From: Candidatus Bathyarchaeota archaeon
GTDB taxonomy: Archaea > Thermoproteota > Bathyarchaeia > Bathyarchaeales > Bathycorpusculaceae
DNA length: 64,000 nucleotides
Assembly (NCBI GenBank): GCA_963775465.1
Contig: CAVZIW010000008.1
Location: forward strand, 1 to 64,000
Reading direction: 5' to 3'
Shown here: positions 49,281 through 59,916 of the stretch, piece after piece
Layout of the letters: each line of letters opens with the position of its first letter
Position numbering within the stretch: position 1 is the stretch's first letter
Translations under genes and position numbers: made by a program
The notes under the pieces: generated by a model
What the model was told of the DNA's origin: nothing
What the model saw: only the letters and a program-made list of their open reading frames with translations
Database searches by the model: none

Positions 49281-49844
49281 ATGGACATCGGGAAAACGCT
49301 CTTTCTTTCTGATAGAAAAGCTTGGCGTGCATGGCTTTCTGAAAACTTTGATAAAGAAAAAGAAATCTGGTTGATTTACCCCAAAAAAGCCAGCGGAAAA
49401 CCACGTATACCATACAATGATGCTGTTGAAGAAGCCCTATGCTTTGGCTGGATTGATAGCACTGCCAAAAGAATCGACCAGACCTACTATGCCCAACGCT
49501 TCACGCCCAGAAACCCAAAAAGCAAATATTCAGAAGCCAACAAACAACGACTAAGAGAGCTCGTTAAAAAAGGCATGGTAATGCCCTCAGTTAAAGAAAA
49601 ACTTGCAGATATTCTCTCAGAAGAATTCTCCATTCCATCCGATATTTTGGACAAGATTAAAGCCAACAAAAAAGCATGGGAAAACTTTCAACGGTTCTCT
49701 TCTGACTACCAAAGAATCCGAATAGCTTTCATCGAAGGCGCAAGAAACCGACCGGAAGAATTCGAGAAACGACTCGGTTACTTCATTAAGAAGACAGAAA
49801 AAAACAAGCAATTTGGGTTTGGAGGAATCGAAAAATACTATTAA
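49281..49844 (+). CDS. YdeI/OmpD-associated family protein
   Basis: WRAWL, AVEEALCFGWIDS, FTPR.PKS.YS..NK. Confidence 0.9.
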   Translation: MDIGKTLFLSDRKAWRAWLSENFDKEKEIWLIYPKKASGKPRIPYNDAVEEALCFGWIDSTAKRIDQTYYAQRFTPRNPKSKYSEANKQRLRELVKKGMVMPSVKEKLADILSEEFSIPSDILDKIKANKKAWENFQRFSSDYQRIRIAFIEGARNRPEEFEKRLGYFIKKTEKNKQFGFGGIEKYY

Positions 49845-49874
49845 GTTTTACAAAACGGGGAGATTGAATTGCGG

Positions 49875-49951
49875 TGGGGCCGGGGCCGAGATTTGAACTC
49901 GGGCGAAAGGCTCCACAGGCCTCTATGCTGCCAAGCTACATCACCCCGGCC
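49875..49951 (-). tRNA. tRNA-His (GTG) with encoded G-1, C73 and CCA
   Basis: Minus strand G-GCCGGGG...GAGGC-CTGTGGA-GCCTT...CCGAG-TTCAAAT-CTCGG-CCCCGGC-C-CCA. Confidence 0.95.
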
Positions 49952-50252
49952 ACTTTTCCTTTCAAAACTTGCACCTCGGCCGTTTTTGCCGAGTTTTAGG
50001 CTTGGCTTCCATATTGTCATTGCAAACACCTTATTTTCGTTTGCGGAATTTTTTCCCTATACTGTTGTAATTGCTTGGGGTATATTCATTGCTAACGTCG
50101 ATTGGGATATATGTTTGTTTAATAGAGAAGGCTATTTGTGTTGTGATTTGTTTTTTTCACAATATGTGACGTGATTTTATTAAAATATTTTGTAATTGCA
50201 AAATTATATATATTAAAAATGATAAAGATGGTAGATTGGTTGGGCAAAAATT

Positions 50253-52889
50253 TTGTTTTTGCTCAATACAAAAAAATGGAGAAATACAAAAATAAGAACA
50301 ATAAAAAATAAAAAAACAACTATTTTGATTGCGTTATTTCTGGTGATTTCTATGGGCGCATCGACTCTTCTACTGCCAAGTACTAGTGCACATACTCCCG
50401 CATGGCAAATTCCAACATGGGCTTTCGTTCAACCTGTTATTGATCCTGTTGGTGTTGGTCAATCAACTTACATCTATATGTGGATCGACAAAACCTTTGG
50501 TACAGACACAGCTTTAACCAACGATTGGAGGTTCCATAACTACAAGCTAACAATCACCAAACCAGATGGAACAACAGAAATCCACACCTTTGAAACAGTT
50601 ATTGACACTACATCATCGCAAAGTTACTCCTACACTCCAGACATGGTTGGTGAGTACAAACTCAAGTTCGAATTCCCAGGACAAGACTACAACACATACA
50701 GTCACAACCCGAATTCAGCATACGTAAACGATACTTTCCTTCCAAGTAGTGCAGAAGCAACCTTAACTGTGCAAGAAGAACAAATACCCACCTTGGGCAG
50801 TTATCCACTTCCAACTGAATATTGGACACGCCCAATATACGGTGAAAACACAGACTCATGGGTAATTGCATCAGACTGGCTCGGCAGCGGCTCTCCGATG
50901 TTCGTTAATTCCAAAAACAGAGTATACGTTCCAGACGGCGTTGGACCTCTCACTCCTCACATTATGTGGACAAAACCAATTGACTCGGGAGGAGTAGTTG
51001 GAGGAAACCACTTCGTAATTCAATCAGACACATACTTTGACGGTTCAGCATACCTCAACCGATTCGTTAACCCAATCATAATGGCTGGAAAACTTTACTA
51101 CAAATCACCTATAGGCTTCCAGAGTGCTGCCGGCGGCCCCCTTAACTGCGTTGACTTACGAACCGGAGAAGTTCTTTGGTCAAACCCAGACATCGGGAGT
51201 CTATCCTTCGGCTACATAGAAGCTATTCATAATCCCCAGCAACACGGAGTTGCTCAACCCATGTTAGTTTCAACCTCTGGAACCACCTGGAGGGTTTATG
51301 ACGGCGACACAGGAACATCAATGTTCAACTTCACTAACGTTCCCAGAGGCGCAGCAGCAATGGGAACAAACGGCGAATACATGCAATATATCATTTACAA
51401 CCAAGGTACATCATCAAACCCCGATTATATCTTACGCGAGTGGAACTCATCACTAGCTTTCTTCCAATATAATGGAGGAATCAGACCAGCTCAATCAGGC
51501 GAATTCGATGTAAGCACCCCGGACTATTACAACTGGAATGTTTCAATACCGTGGCGAAATACAATGCCAAACAATCCAACTATAGTAGCAGCATGGTACA
51601 ATGATATAATGCTCTGCTATAACGGAAGTTTACCCAACAGCGGCTTCACAGGCTTCGGCGGCAACCCTGTAAGACAAGATCCCTACACTTACTTCGCAGT
51701 TGATCTTACATCAGGTCATGAAGGTCAAATACTTTGGATGAAAACCTACGACCCAGCGATAGAAAACATCACTGTCATATCTGGTGGAGCCGATGCAACG
51801 CAAGGAATCTTTGTTGAAAAAATGAAGGAAACCAATCAATGGGTCGCATACAACTTAAGAACAGGCGACAAAATGTGGGGTCCAGTGGGTGACCAACCCG
51901 CTCTTGACTACTACGGCAACCCAGGACACGAACAAGTATTCGCTTTCATCGCCTACGGCAACGTCTATGCCAGTGGCTATGGTGGAATAATATTCTGCTA
52001 CGACGGATTAACTGGAGACCTAAAATGGAGCTACGGTAATGGAGGACCAGGAAACACCACCAACAGTGGTTTCGCAGTACCCGGCCACTATCCAACATCA
52101 ATAAACGCAATTGCCAACGGAGTACTATACACCGTTACAACAGAACACACAATCCAAACCCCAATCTACAAAGGCGCATTATGCCGCGCAATTAACGCAA
52201 CCACTGGAGAAGAAATTTGGACTCTTTCAGCCAATGTCGCTGAATTCAACAACATGAACTATGCTTTAGCAGATGGCTTTTCAACATGGTTCAACAGCTA
52301 CGACAACCAAATCTATAGCGTTGGCAGAGGACCCAGCGCAATGACAATTAGCGCATCGCCAAAAGTGACCACGCTAAGCAACAGTGTGCTGATAGAAGGC
52401 ACAGTTACTGACATCGCCGCAGGCACAAAACAAAACGAGCAAGCAGCACGATTCCCCAACGGTGTACCAGCAGTAGCTGACGAAAGCATGAGCGACTGGA
52501 TGCGATACATATACATGCAGGGACCACGCCCAACTGATGCGACAGGCGTTCCAATTACAATTAGTGTAGTGGATGCTAACGGTAACTACAGAGACATTGG
52601 AACAACAACAAGCGATGCTGATGGATTCTTTAGCTTTAATTGGATGCCCGACATAGACGGTAAATACACTGTTTATGCGTCCTTTGGAGGATCTGAAGGT
52701 TACTGGCCTTCACATGCTGTAACCGCATTTGCAGTCGACCCAGCAGCAGCAACACCCGCACCAACCGAAGGTATTCAGACAGGTCTCGCAACCACTGCAG
52801 ATCTAATGATGTTCCTAGCAATCGGAGTTATCGCTATAATCATCGCAATAGCAATAGTTGGATTACTTATTCTCAGAAAAAGACCGTAA
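50253..52889 (+). CDS. Secreted PQQ-like beta-propeller repeat surface protein with C-terminal TM anchor
   Basis: Signal peptide, LPTEYWTRPI, repeated (V/Y)D..TGE.LW motifs, Ig-like ends, TM + RKR tail; start codon uncertain. Confidence 0.85.
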   Translation: MFLLNTKKWRNTKIRTIKNKKTTILIALFLVISMGASTLLLPSTSAHTPAWQIPTWAFVQPVIDPVGVGQSTYIYMWIDKTFGTDTALTNDWRFHNYKLTITKPDGTTEIHTFETVIDTTSSQSYSYTPDMVGEYKLKFEFPGQDYNTYSHNPNSAYVNDTFLPSSAEATLTVQEEQIPTLGSYPLPTEYWTRPIYGENTDSWVIASDWLGSGSPMFVNSKNRVYVPDGVGPLTPHIMWTKPIDSGGVVGGNHFVIQSDTYFDGSAYLNRFVNPIIMAGKLYYKSPIGFQSAAGGPLNCVDLRTGEVLWSNPDIGSLSFGYIEAIHNPQQHGVAQPMLVSTSGTTWRVYDGDTGTSMFNFTNVPRGAAAMGTNGEYMQYIIYNQGTSSNPDYILREWNSSLAFFQYNGGIRPAQSGEFDVSTPDYYNWNVSIPWRNTMPNNPTIVAAWYNDIMLCYNGSLPNSGFTGFGGNPVRQDPYTYFAVDLTSGHEGQILWMKTYDPAIENITVISGGADATQGIFVEKMKETNQWVAYNLRTGDKMWGPVGDQPALDYYGNPGHEQVFAFIAYGNVYASGYGGIIFCYDGLTGDLKWSYGNGGPGNTTNSGFAVPGHYPTSINAIANGVLYTVTTEHTIQTPIYKGALCRAINATTGEEIWTLSANVAEFNNMNYALADGFSTWFNSYDNQIYSVGRGPSAMTISASPKVTTLSNSVLIEGTVTDIAAGTKQNEQAARFPNGVPAVADESMSDWMRYIYMQGPRPTDATGVPITISVVDANGNYRDIGTTTSDADGFFSFNWMPDIDGKYTVYASFGGSEGYWPSHAVTAFAVDPAAATPAPTEGIQTGLATTADLMMFLAIGVIAIIIAIAIVGLLILRKRP

Positions 52890-52898
52890 AAAAACACA

Positions 52899-52920
52899 CC
52901 CTTTCCTTTTTTTTATTTTT
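52899..52920 (+). terminator. Oligo-T terminator after the beta-propeller gene
   Basis: CCCTTTCCTTTTTTTTATTTT about 10 nt after the stop. Confidence 0.55.
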
Positions 52921-53183
52921 ATTACATTCGGAAAAATAGGGCTGATAAGACCTATGGTTAGATTTCACAAATAGCTATAGCTATTGAAAGAGTTTGCATT
53001 TTCTTTTTTCTCCTTTGTTCGATCCAAGCTCCAGCAAACCTTATTCTCAAATTATCTATTTTTAACCTTGCTAATAGGGTTAAAGCGCGTAAATTAAAGT
53101 GATTCAACTTTTTTGAAATTGCCCTTTTATTGCGGAGCGATATTTTTTTATTCAACAAAAACACTCGTGTTCTAGGTGATTTT

Positions 53184-53684
53184 TTGGATTTTTTTGAGAC
53201 AATTAGGAACAGAAGAAGTATTCGAAAATATGAAGACAAAAACGTGGAAAATGAAAAAGTGCAGAAAGTTTTGGAAGCTGCACGACTTGCCCCTTCTGCT
53301 ATGAATCGCCAACCTTACCAGCTATATGTAGTTTCAAACAAAGAGATTCTTGCCAGAATAAATTCTGCCTGCAATCAAGATTGGAAGGCGCCTATAATGA
53401 TTGCTATGGTTTCCTCACCCAAGGAGGCTTGGGTTCGAGATGATGGTGAGACATTTTGGAAGGCTGATGCTGCTATAGCGATGAATCAAATTTCGTTGGC
53501 TGCTTATGCAGAAGGGTTGGGAACTTGCTGGATTGCAGCATTTAAGGAAAATGAGGTAAAAGATATCTTGGGCATAGATTCTAGTTATCGGGTTCTCTTG
53601 CTGTCGCCTTTGGGTTACCCTGCAGAAAATAAAGGAGCAGTAACAAACAGGAAAACAATAGATTCCCTAGTTCGATATGTTTAA
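53184..53684 (+). CDS. Nitroreductase family protein
   Basis: AGGTGA RBS then TTG; RRSIRKY, APSAMNRQP, GLGTCWI, LGYP. Confidence 0.9.
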   Translation: MDFFETIRNRRSIRKYEDKNVENEKVQKVLEAARLAPSAMNRQPYQLYVVSNKEILARINSACNQDWKAPIMIAMVSSPKEAWVRDDGETFWKADAAIAMNQISLAAYAEGLGTCWIAAFKENEVKDILGIDSSYRVLLLSPLGYPAENKGAVTNRKTIDSLVRYV

Positions 53685-53759
53685 CATTGGTTTTCTCTTC
53701 CAATATGCATTACGAATGGTACGCTTATTACCAAGATCTGTTGAAAATGAGGTTGATGC

Positions 53760-54260
53760 ATGAGTTCCCAATTAAGAGGCAATAGATCTCTAAAGTATAT
53801 GCCCATTAATGAGCTTGAGAAACGTATTATTGAATTTCTCGAAGGGCAGAACATGTGTGTCCTTGCAACATGCAGCAACGACGTTCCGCGAGCGACTCCA
53901 ATTGAGTACCACTCAAAAGGAATCACAATTTATTTCGTGGGTGAACCAGGCATAAAATTAAAGAATTTAAGGCGTAATCCGAAAGTTAGCATTGGCATTT
54001 TTCACCCATACGTAGGTTGGGACAGTGCCAAAGGCGCTCAAATCAGCGGAAATGCAAAGATACTCTCAAGAAAGAATTCTGTCGAATTTAAAGAAGGCTT
54101 GGACGCATATCAATGGGAAAAAACTGCAAAGGAACTTGGCCTTAAGGTATTTCCCGAAACTGGGGTAGAATTAGTAAGAATTGAGCCTAAAAAAATTGAA
54201 TTCATTGATATGTCTTTCAAAAAAATGGGCTACAGCCCTCGGCAAATACTCAAGTGTTAA
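53760..54260 (+). CDS. Pyridoxamine 5'-phosphate oxidase-like split-barrel flavoprotein
   Basis: CVLATC...PRATP, K.KNL..NPKVSI, GAQISG.A. Confidence 0.85.
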   Translation: MSSQLRGNRSLKYMPINELEKRIIEFLEGQNMCVLATCSNDVPRATPIEYHSKGITIYFVGEPGIKLKNLRRNPKVSIGIFHPYVGWDSAKGAQISGNAKILSRKNSVEFKEGLDAYQWEKTAKELGLKVFPETGVELVRIEPKKIEFIDMSFKKMGYSPRQILKC

Positions 54261-54651
54261 ACGTTTTATGGAATTTGTTTTACTTAGACTCTAAAGCCTC
54301 TTTTCTTTTTTTATTGACGCTTAAAATGGCCAGTAATCAAATGATGTCTATTAGAGCGCGTTGAAAACAAGAAAAATGGAAAAGAAATGGTTGACAACAA
54401 ACTGCAATAAAATACATCACCAGCCACTTTGCTTTTGTTCTAAAACTTAGTTATTGTTTACTTTCTTTCTTCAAGAACATAAAGTTGTCTTTTTAACACA
54501 CTTACTCGAATCTAACTTCTAACAATTTTTTTTCTTCTGGGTCCAGTAACACTTTTGCATTAAAGTTATTGCCATATGCTTCAAAGATTTGTTTGGTTCG
54601 GCAAATCTTATATCAACTTTCACTCGAAATAACGTATTGAGAGTACGCAAG

Positions 54652-54916
54652 ATGCTAAGAAAGCAGATTTTAGGACTTTTCTTAGTCTCCATCGCATGGT
54701 TTGTTCTAGCTGGGTCATTTTTATCGCGTACACCTACGAACAAACAACTATTGGAACTATGCCAGGAGTTGTACTTGACGGCGTCCAAATCAATCAACCC
54801 GTATACAATGAAGCAATCACAACCCATCCAAAGAATACACATTGCCTCTGATTATGTTTAGCGTTGCATTGTTTATTGCTGGTTTTGTACTTTATTTTCT
54901 TCGTTTACATGATTGA
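54652..54916 (+). pseudogene. Possible frameshifted two-TM small protein
   Basis: MLRKQILGLFLVSIAWFVLA / VIFIAYTYEQTT...ITTHP / KEYTLPLIMFSVALFIAGFVLYFLRLHD* only joins across frame changes. Confidence 0.35.
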
Positions 54917-55141
54917 TCTTTGACAAAATAATGTCTCTCAAAGACAGACAACTAAAGAAGGGGATTGGATATTTTATTTTTTGACCAATAGTTTAACGTG
55001 AGGGACTTATATGCTCTTTTAGAAATGTTCGTGGAAAGACTTAGCAGTGTCTTGATATATCTCAATACTGCATGGGCAATAGCCGATTGGTTATATCTAT
55101 AGTCAGAACGCTTTTATAGTCAACTTTTCAGAGTTGTACCG

Positions 55142-55444
55142 GTGATATTTTTGTCGAATTTTGTAATTTTAGGGAACTGGACCGATCAAGGCATAAAAAA
55201 TGTTGCAGAACTTCCGGAAAGACTCAAGCAAAGTAGAAAAATGATTGAAAACGCCGGTGGAAAAATGCAGTATTTCACAACCATGGGGAAATATGATTTT
55301 GTGGTTGTAGTTGAAATCCCCAAGGATGAAGACATGGCAGCAATTGCTTTGTGCACAGGCAGCATGGGAAACATCCGCACGACAACTATGAAGGCATGGA
55401 CAGAGGCGGAAACAACAAAGCTACTCACGGCGCCTCATGCTTAA
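55142..55444 (+). CDS. GYD domain protein
   Basis: WTDQGIKNV, GG......TMGKYD.V, GNIRTTTMKA. Confidence 0.88.
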   Translation: MIFLSNFVILGNWTDQGIKNVAELPERLKQSRKMIENAGGKMQYFTTMGKYDFVVVVEIPKDEDMAAIALCTGSMGNIRTTTMKAWTEAETTKLLTAPHA

Positions 55445-55501
55445 CCTCAACTTCTTACCTTTCTTTTTTTCCTTCTGTATTTTGCCTGTGCACCTTTAAC
55501 T

Positions 55502-56035
55502 TTACCATTTTTCGTAATGAACAATTTCTTTGAGAGGTTTTCTTTTAGCACTTCCGATTACAGTCTTTATGAGTTTGCTACCGACACCCTCTTTTTCTGC
55601 GGGGTAACCTAAAGGCGTCATCGCCACAACCTTGATGTTTTCCGGGACTTGTAGAGCCTTTTTGACTTTAGCTTCATCAAAAGCGCCAATCCAGCATGTT
55701 CCGAGATCCAAATTGGTTGCCGTCAAAACCAACTGCTGCATTGCTATGCCCACATCCACAAGGAAATATTTCATGCCGTTGCGATCACCTGAATCTTTCG
55801 GATCAGCGCAAGCAACAACCACAACGGGTGCCTGCTTAAGCCAGCCAAAGCTTCCCGACAGTTCTTGAATTTTGGTTTTGTCTTTAACAACTATATACTT
55901 GCAACATTGTTTGTTTGCCCATGACGGAGCCAACCTTGCAGCCTCAAGGACTTTTAAGAGCTTTTCTTCTTCAACTGGTTTATCCGCGTATCCGCGAACG
56001 CTTTTCCTTGCAGATATGACCTCAATAAAATCCAT
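55502..56035 (-). CDS. Nitroreductase family protein
   Basis: RKSVRGY, APSWANKQ, LGTCWIGAF, PLGYP, RKPL. Confidence 0.9.
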   Translation of the reverse strand: MDFIEVISARKSVRGYADKPVEEEKLLKVLEAARLAPSWANKQCCKYIVVKDKTKIQELSGSFGWLKQAPVVVVACADPKDSGDRNGMKYFLVDVGIAMQQLVLTATNLDLGTCWIGAFDEAKVKKALQVPENIKVVAMTPLGYPAEKEGVGSKLIKTVIGSAKRKPLKEIVHYEKW

Positions 56036-56201
56036 AAATATTCCTCATAAACAACTAAAATAACAATCTTAAAAAGATTCATTTCTTGAAACGAGATTGC
56101 TTCCAAAAATTGGTTTCCAAAGAAATCGCTGATTTAGATATCCATGGATCAAAAAGGATATTAATAGAAACCTAAGACCTCAACTTAGGAGAAAAATCAA
56201 T

Positions 56202-56516
56202 ATGCCCTTTTGTAATAAATGTGGAAATGAGATATCTGAAGGCATGAAGTTCTGCCCAAATTGCGGAACTCCCGTTGGAATGGAGGAAGAGAGTTTTTCT
56301 GTTTCTTCCGAGGACTTAGTTCAGAAAGTTAAAGAGTTGTTTCACGAAGGAAATGTTCGGCGCATAACCATAAAAAGTGAAGAGGGTAAAACTCTGCTTG
56401 ACATTCCTGTTACGGTCGGCGTCATAGGAATTGTCCTAGTTCCCTGGTTAGCCGCGATAGGGGTTATAGCTGCTTTAGCCACGAATTGTACTATAGTTGT
56501 TCAAAGGCAGAAATGA
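56202..56516 (+). CDS. Zinc-ribbon + DUF4342 protein
   Basis: FCNKCG...FCPNCG; VKEL.HEGNVRRI.IK...LLDIPVT.G. Confidence 0.85.
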   Translation: MPFCNKCGNEISEGMKFCPNCGTPVGMEEESFSVSSEDLVQKVKELFHEGNVRRITIKSEEGKTLLDIPVTVGVIGIVLVPWLAAIGVIAALATNCTIVVQRQK

Positions 56517-56960
56517 GCTTAAACAGCTCTGTGCTGATGTAGCGTAGATTTTGATCATGCTAATTCTCGAAAGCTTTGTTTCAATCGTCAACAAAAGGTA
56601 GGCTTCGTAAAACGGATAGACCGAATTTCGTGGCACAATGTAAGGCAGACGCTGTGGGGTCGGTTATGTCAGTTTCAATGATTAGATCTCATTGAAATAT
56701 TTCTTAGCATTACAAACGACAAGATCTGAATTTTCTAGCACTAGTGAGATAACCTACTTTGAATATCTTGCAAAAGTTGTTTGCGATTAGAATTAGTTTT
56801 TTGTAAAGTGTTTTTTCACTAGTATAAAGAAGGAAATTAAAGGTAAATTTCTAACATGTTTGTTTTTTGAATATCGTCGAAAAACAATATAGCTTAAATC
56901 ACTTTATGCTAACCTTTGGTACCTTCGAAATTTCAAACTATATTAGAAAAGGCAAAGAGA

Positions 56961-57977
56961 ATGAGCAAGCTAAAATCATTAATTTCCGGAATCATTTTTT
57001 GTCTTGCTGTCTCCGTGCCAGCATGGCTTTTAGGCAATTACTTTGTTGTCATCGGAGGACCGATTTTCGGAATGTTATTTGGAATAGCACTTCGAGTCGC
57101 TTATCCTAATGTTCTAACCCGATTTAGTTCAGGCGTTAAATTCACCTCTCGAACGCTTCTGCAAATATCCATTATTCTTCTGGGGTTTGGAATGAACTTG
57201 TTTCTAGTTTTCCAAGTTGGCAGCCAATCACTTTTTGTTATGCTTTTTACTTTGTCTACCGCTTTTTTTGTGGCTTTCTTTGTGGGTAAAGTGCTGAAAA
57301 TTAATGGAAAAACAACAACGTTGATCGGTGTAGGGACAGCTATTTGCGGAGCTTCAGCCGTTGCAGCTGCTGCTCCTGCGGTCAGAGCGAACGACACTGA
57401 TATAGCTCATGCCATATCAACAATATTTCTTTTTAATGTAATTGCAGTGTTTATTTTTCCTGCTTTAGGTCACCTACTGGGTATGAATGACACGGGTTTT
57501 GGAATATGGGCAGGAACAGCAATAAATGACACTTCGTCGGTTGTTGCTGCAGCAGCTTCTTGGAGTGCATCCGCTGGAAATAACGTCGCTTTGGCTTTTG
57601 CAACAATTGTTAAACTTACAAGAACATTAATGATTATTCCAATAACTTTTGCACTGGCCGTTGTTACATCAAGAAAAACCAGGACATGTGAGAAGAGAGC
57701 TTCGTTCAATTTGTTTAAAGTTTTTCCGTGGTTTATTATAGGATTCATTTTAGCGGCAGTTATCAACACGTTTGTGGGCTTCTCTTCAAATATCTCTATT
57801 TTGCTTTTTGACGTTGGAAAATTCATGATCATTATGGCGATGATGGCAATAGGACTGAATACAAATGTGAAAAGTCTGCTTACTAATGGATTCAAACCCA
57901 TACTTCTGGGACTTTGTTGCTGGTTTGCTGTTGCAGGGGTGTCACTGTTTGTTCAATTCTTCATGAGGCCATTATAA
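56961..57977 (+). CDS. YeiH / putative sulfate exporter (PSE) family transporter
   Basis: IILLGFG, GTAICGASAVAA, WAGTAINDTSSVVAA, VKLTRTL, PWFIIGF. Confidence 0.9.
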   Translation: MSKLKSLISGIIFCLAVSVPAWLLGNYFVVIGGPIFGMLFGIALRVAYPNVLTRFSSGVKFTSRTLLQISIILLGFGMNLFLVFQVGSQSLFVMLFTLSTAFFVAFFVGKVLKINGKTTTLIGVGTAICGASAVAAAAPAVRANDTDIAHAISTIFLFNVIAVFIFPALGHLLGMNDTGFGIWAGTAINDTSSVVAAAASWSASAGNNVALAFATIVKLTRTLMIIPITFALAVVTSRKTRTCEKRASFNLFKVFPWFIIGFILAAVINTFVGFSSNISILLFDVGKFMIIMAMMAIGLNTNVKSLLTNGFKPILLGLCCWFAVAGVSLFVQFFMRPL

Positions 57978-58112
57978 GCAGTACTGTTTATAGTTGCCGT
58001 GGTATTTTTCGAACACGCAATTTTTTAACAATTTAAACTTTTAGTTTAGAACCTAAAGGAAAACTAATTATTCCTCAAGGAGTCTTTTTTTCTAGACGAG
58101 GTTTTTGTTTGT

Positions 58113-59885
58113 ATGTTTGTCAAAGATCCTGTTTGTGGAATGCCTTTAGATTCATCCACAGCTCAGTTTACAGCTAATTTTTTGTCTAAGCAATATTATT
58201 TTGACAGCGAGTATTGCTTAAGCAGCTTTATAGAAGGCGCCAAAATTGCTTATTTTTCCATGGAAATCGGCATGAACTCCGCAATTCCGACTTACAGTGG
58301 AGGACTAGGGGTTCTTGCCGGAGATGTGATTAGATCAAGTGCAGATTTAAGAATTCCCTTAGTTGCAGTAACGTTGATCAGCAAGAAAGGTTACCTCAAG
58401 CAAAAAATTTCCGCCGACGGATGGCAAATCGAATTTCCTGAAGAGTGGGATCCTTCAGATTATATGAAACTGTTACCAGAAACTGCGAACGTCAAGATTG
58501 GTGGGCGAGATGTAAAAATCGGTGTATGGGTTTATGAGCAAGAGAGCTTAACGGGTGGAACTATTCCTGTGCTGTTCCTCACGACTGATGTTGAAGGGAA
58601 CTCTCAAGAGGATAGGGAAATTACAGATTTCCTCTATGGAGGCGACGAAAAATACAGATTGAAGCAAGAAATTGTGTTGGGTATAGGTGGGTTACGTATT
58701 CTAGACGCGCTGAAAGTTAATGTTAAGAAATATCATATGAATGAGGGTCATAGCAGCCTCCTTACCCTTGAACTTTTAAAGAACAACGATTTGAACGCTG
58801 ACAAAGTAAAAAACCAATGTGTCTTCACAACTCACACTCCTGTAGCTGCCGCATTTGACAAATTCTCCTATGACTTCCTTTTGAAAATTCTGGAAACAGA
58901 AGTACCTGAAGAAAAATTGAAAGAATATGGCGGAACTGACAAATTAAACATGACTCTTCTGGCGTTAAACTTGAGCAAATATACAAACGGTGTAACAGAA
59001 GCACATATGGAATACTCTAGAAAACTCTTTCCAGGATATCATATACAGGAAATAACCAACGGTGTTCATTCCTACACCTGGACATGTTCACAGTTTAGAC
59101 GACTTTTTGACAAATGTATTCCCAGATGGGCCAACGAGCCTGAGCTTCTTGTAAGAGTTGACACCATTACAGATGAGGAGTTGTGGGAAGCACACATTGA
59201 AGCAAAGCACGAATTGCTCGATTTTGTTCACAGTAGTTCGGGGTTGCAACTGGATACTGATGCTTTGACTTTAGGTTTTGCGAGGAGAGCAACAGAGTAC
59301 AAAAGAGCGACAATGATTTTCTCAGATTTGGAAAAGCTTAAAGAAGTTAACAGCCGAGGTAAGATCCAGCTGATTTTTGCTGGAAAGGCTCATCCAAAAG
59401 ACGAGCTGGGGAAGAAACTCATCCAAGAAATTTACGAGTACAAAACTCGTTTGAAAGACGAAATCCAAATAGTTTATCTTGAGAATTACAACATGGGGAT
59501 AGCGCAAAAATTAACTTCAGGTGTTGACGTTTGGCTAAATACGCCTATGCCGCCTATGGAAGCTTCTGGAACAAGCGGAATGAAGGCAGCACATAATGGA
59601 GTAATCAACTTTAGCGTTTTAGATGGATGGTGGATAGAAGGCTGTGTTGAAGGTCTTACAGGGTGGGCGATAGGCCCATCGCCTGATCAAGTGCTTAGTG
59701 AAGATAAAAGAAGAAAAAGAGAAATCGCCGATATTTACAGTAAGCTGGAATACGTAATTATTCCAAAATTCTACCAAGAACGCGACAGTTGGATAAGCTT
59801 AATGAGAAACTCTATAGGCAAAGTAGCGTATTACTTTAATACGCATCGAATGATGCGAAGATACGCAACAGACGCATATTTGTAA
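58113..59885 (+). CDS. glgP: Alpha-glucan phosphorylase with an N-terminal YHS-like domain
   Basis: AYFSMEIG, YSGGLGVLAGD, MNEGH, ARRATEYKR, AGKAHP, EASGTSGMKAA; N-terminal KDPVCGM...YYFDSEYC. Confidence 0.92.
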   Translation: MFVKDPVCGMPLDSSTAQFTANFLSKQYYFDSEYCLSSFIEGAKIAYFSMEIGMNSAIPTYSGGLGVLAGDVIRSSADLRIPLVAVTLISKKGYLKQKISADGWQIEFPEEWDPSDYMKLLPETANVKIGGRDVKIGVWVYEQESLTGGTIPVLFLTTDVEGNSQEDREITDFLYGGDEKYRLKQEIVLGIGGLRILDALKVNVKKYHMNEGHSSLLTLELLKNNDLNADKVKNQCVFTTHTPVAAAFDKFSYDFLLKILETEVPEEKLKEYGGTDKLNMTLLALNLSKYTNGVTEAHMEYSRKLFPGYHIQEITNGVHSYTWTCSQFRRLFDKCIPRWANEPELLVRVDTITDEELWEAHIEAKHELLDFVHSSSGLQLDTDALTLGFARRATEYKRATMIFSDLEKLKEVNSRGKIQLIFAGKAHPKDELGKKLIQEIYEYKTRLKDEIQIVYLENYNMGIAQKLTSGVDVWLNTPMPPMEASGTSGMKAAHNGVINFSVLDGWWIEGCVEGLTGWAIGPSPDQVLSEDKRRKREIADIYSKLEYVIIPKFYQERDSWISLMRNSIGKVAYYFNTHRMMRRYATDAYL

Positions 59886-59916
59886 TTGTATCTCAAAAAA
59901 TCGTGTGTGAAAGAAA

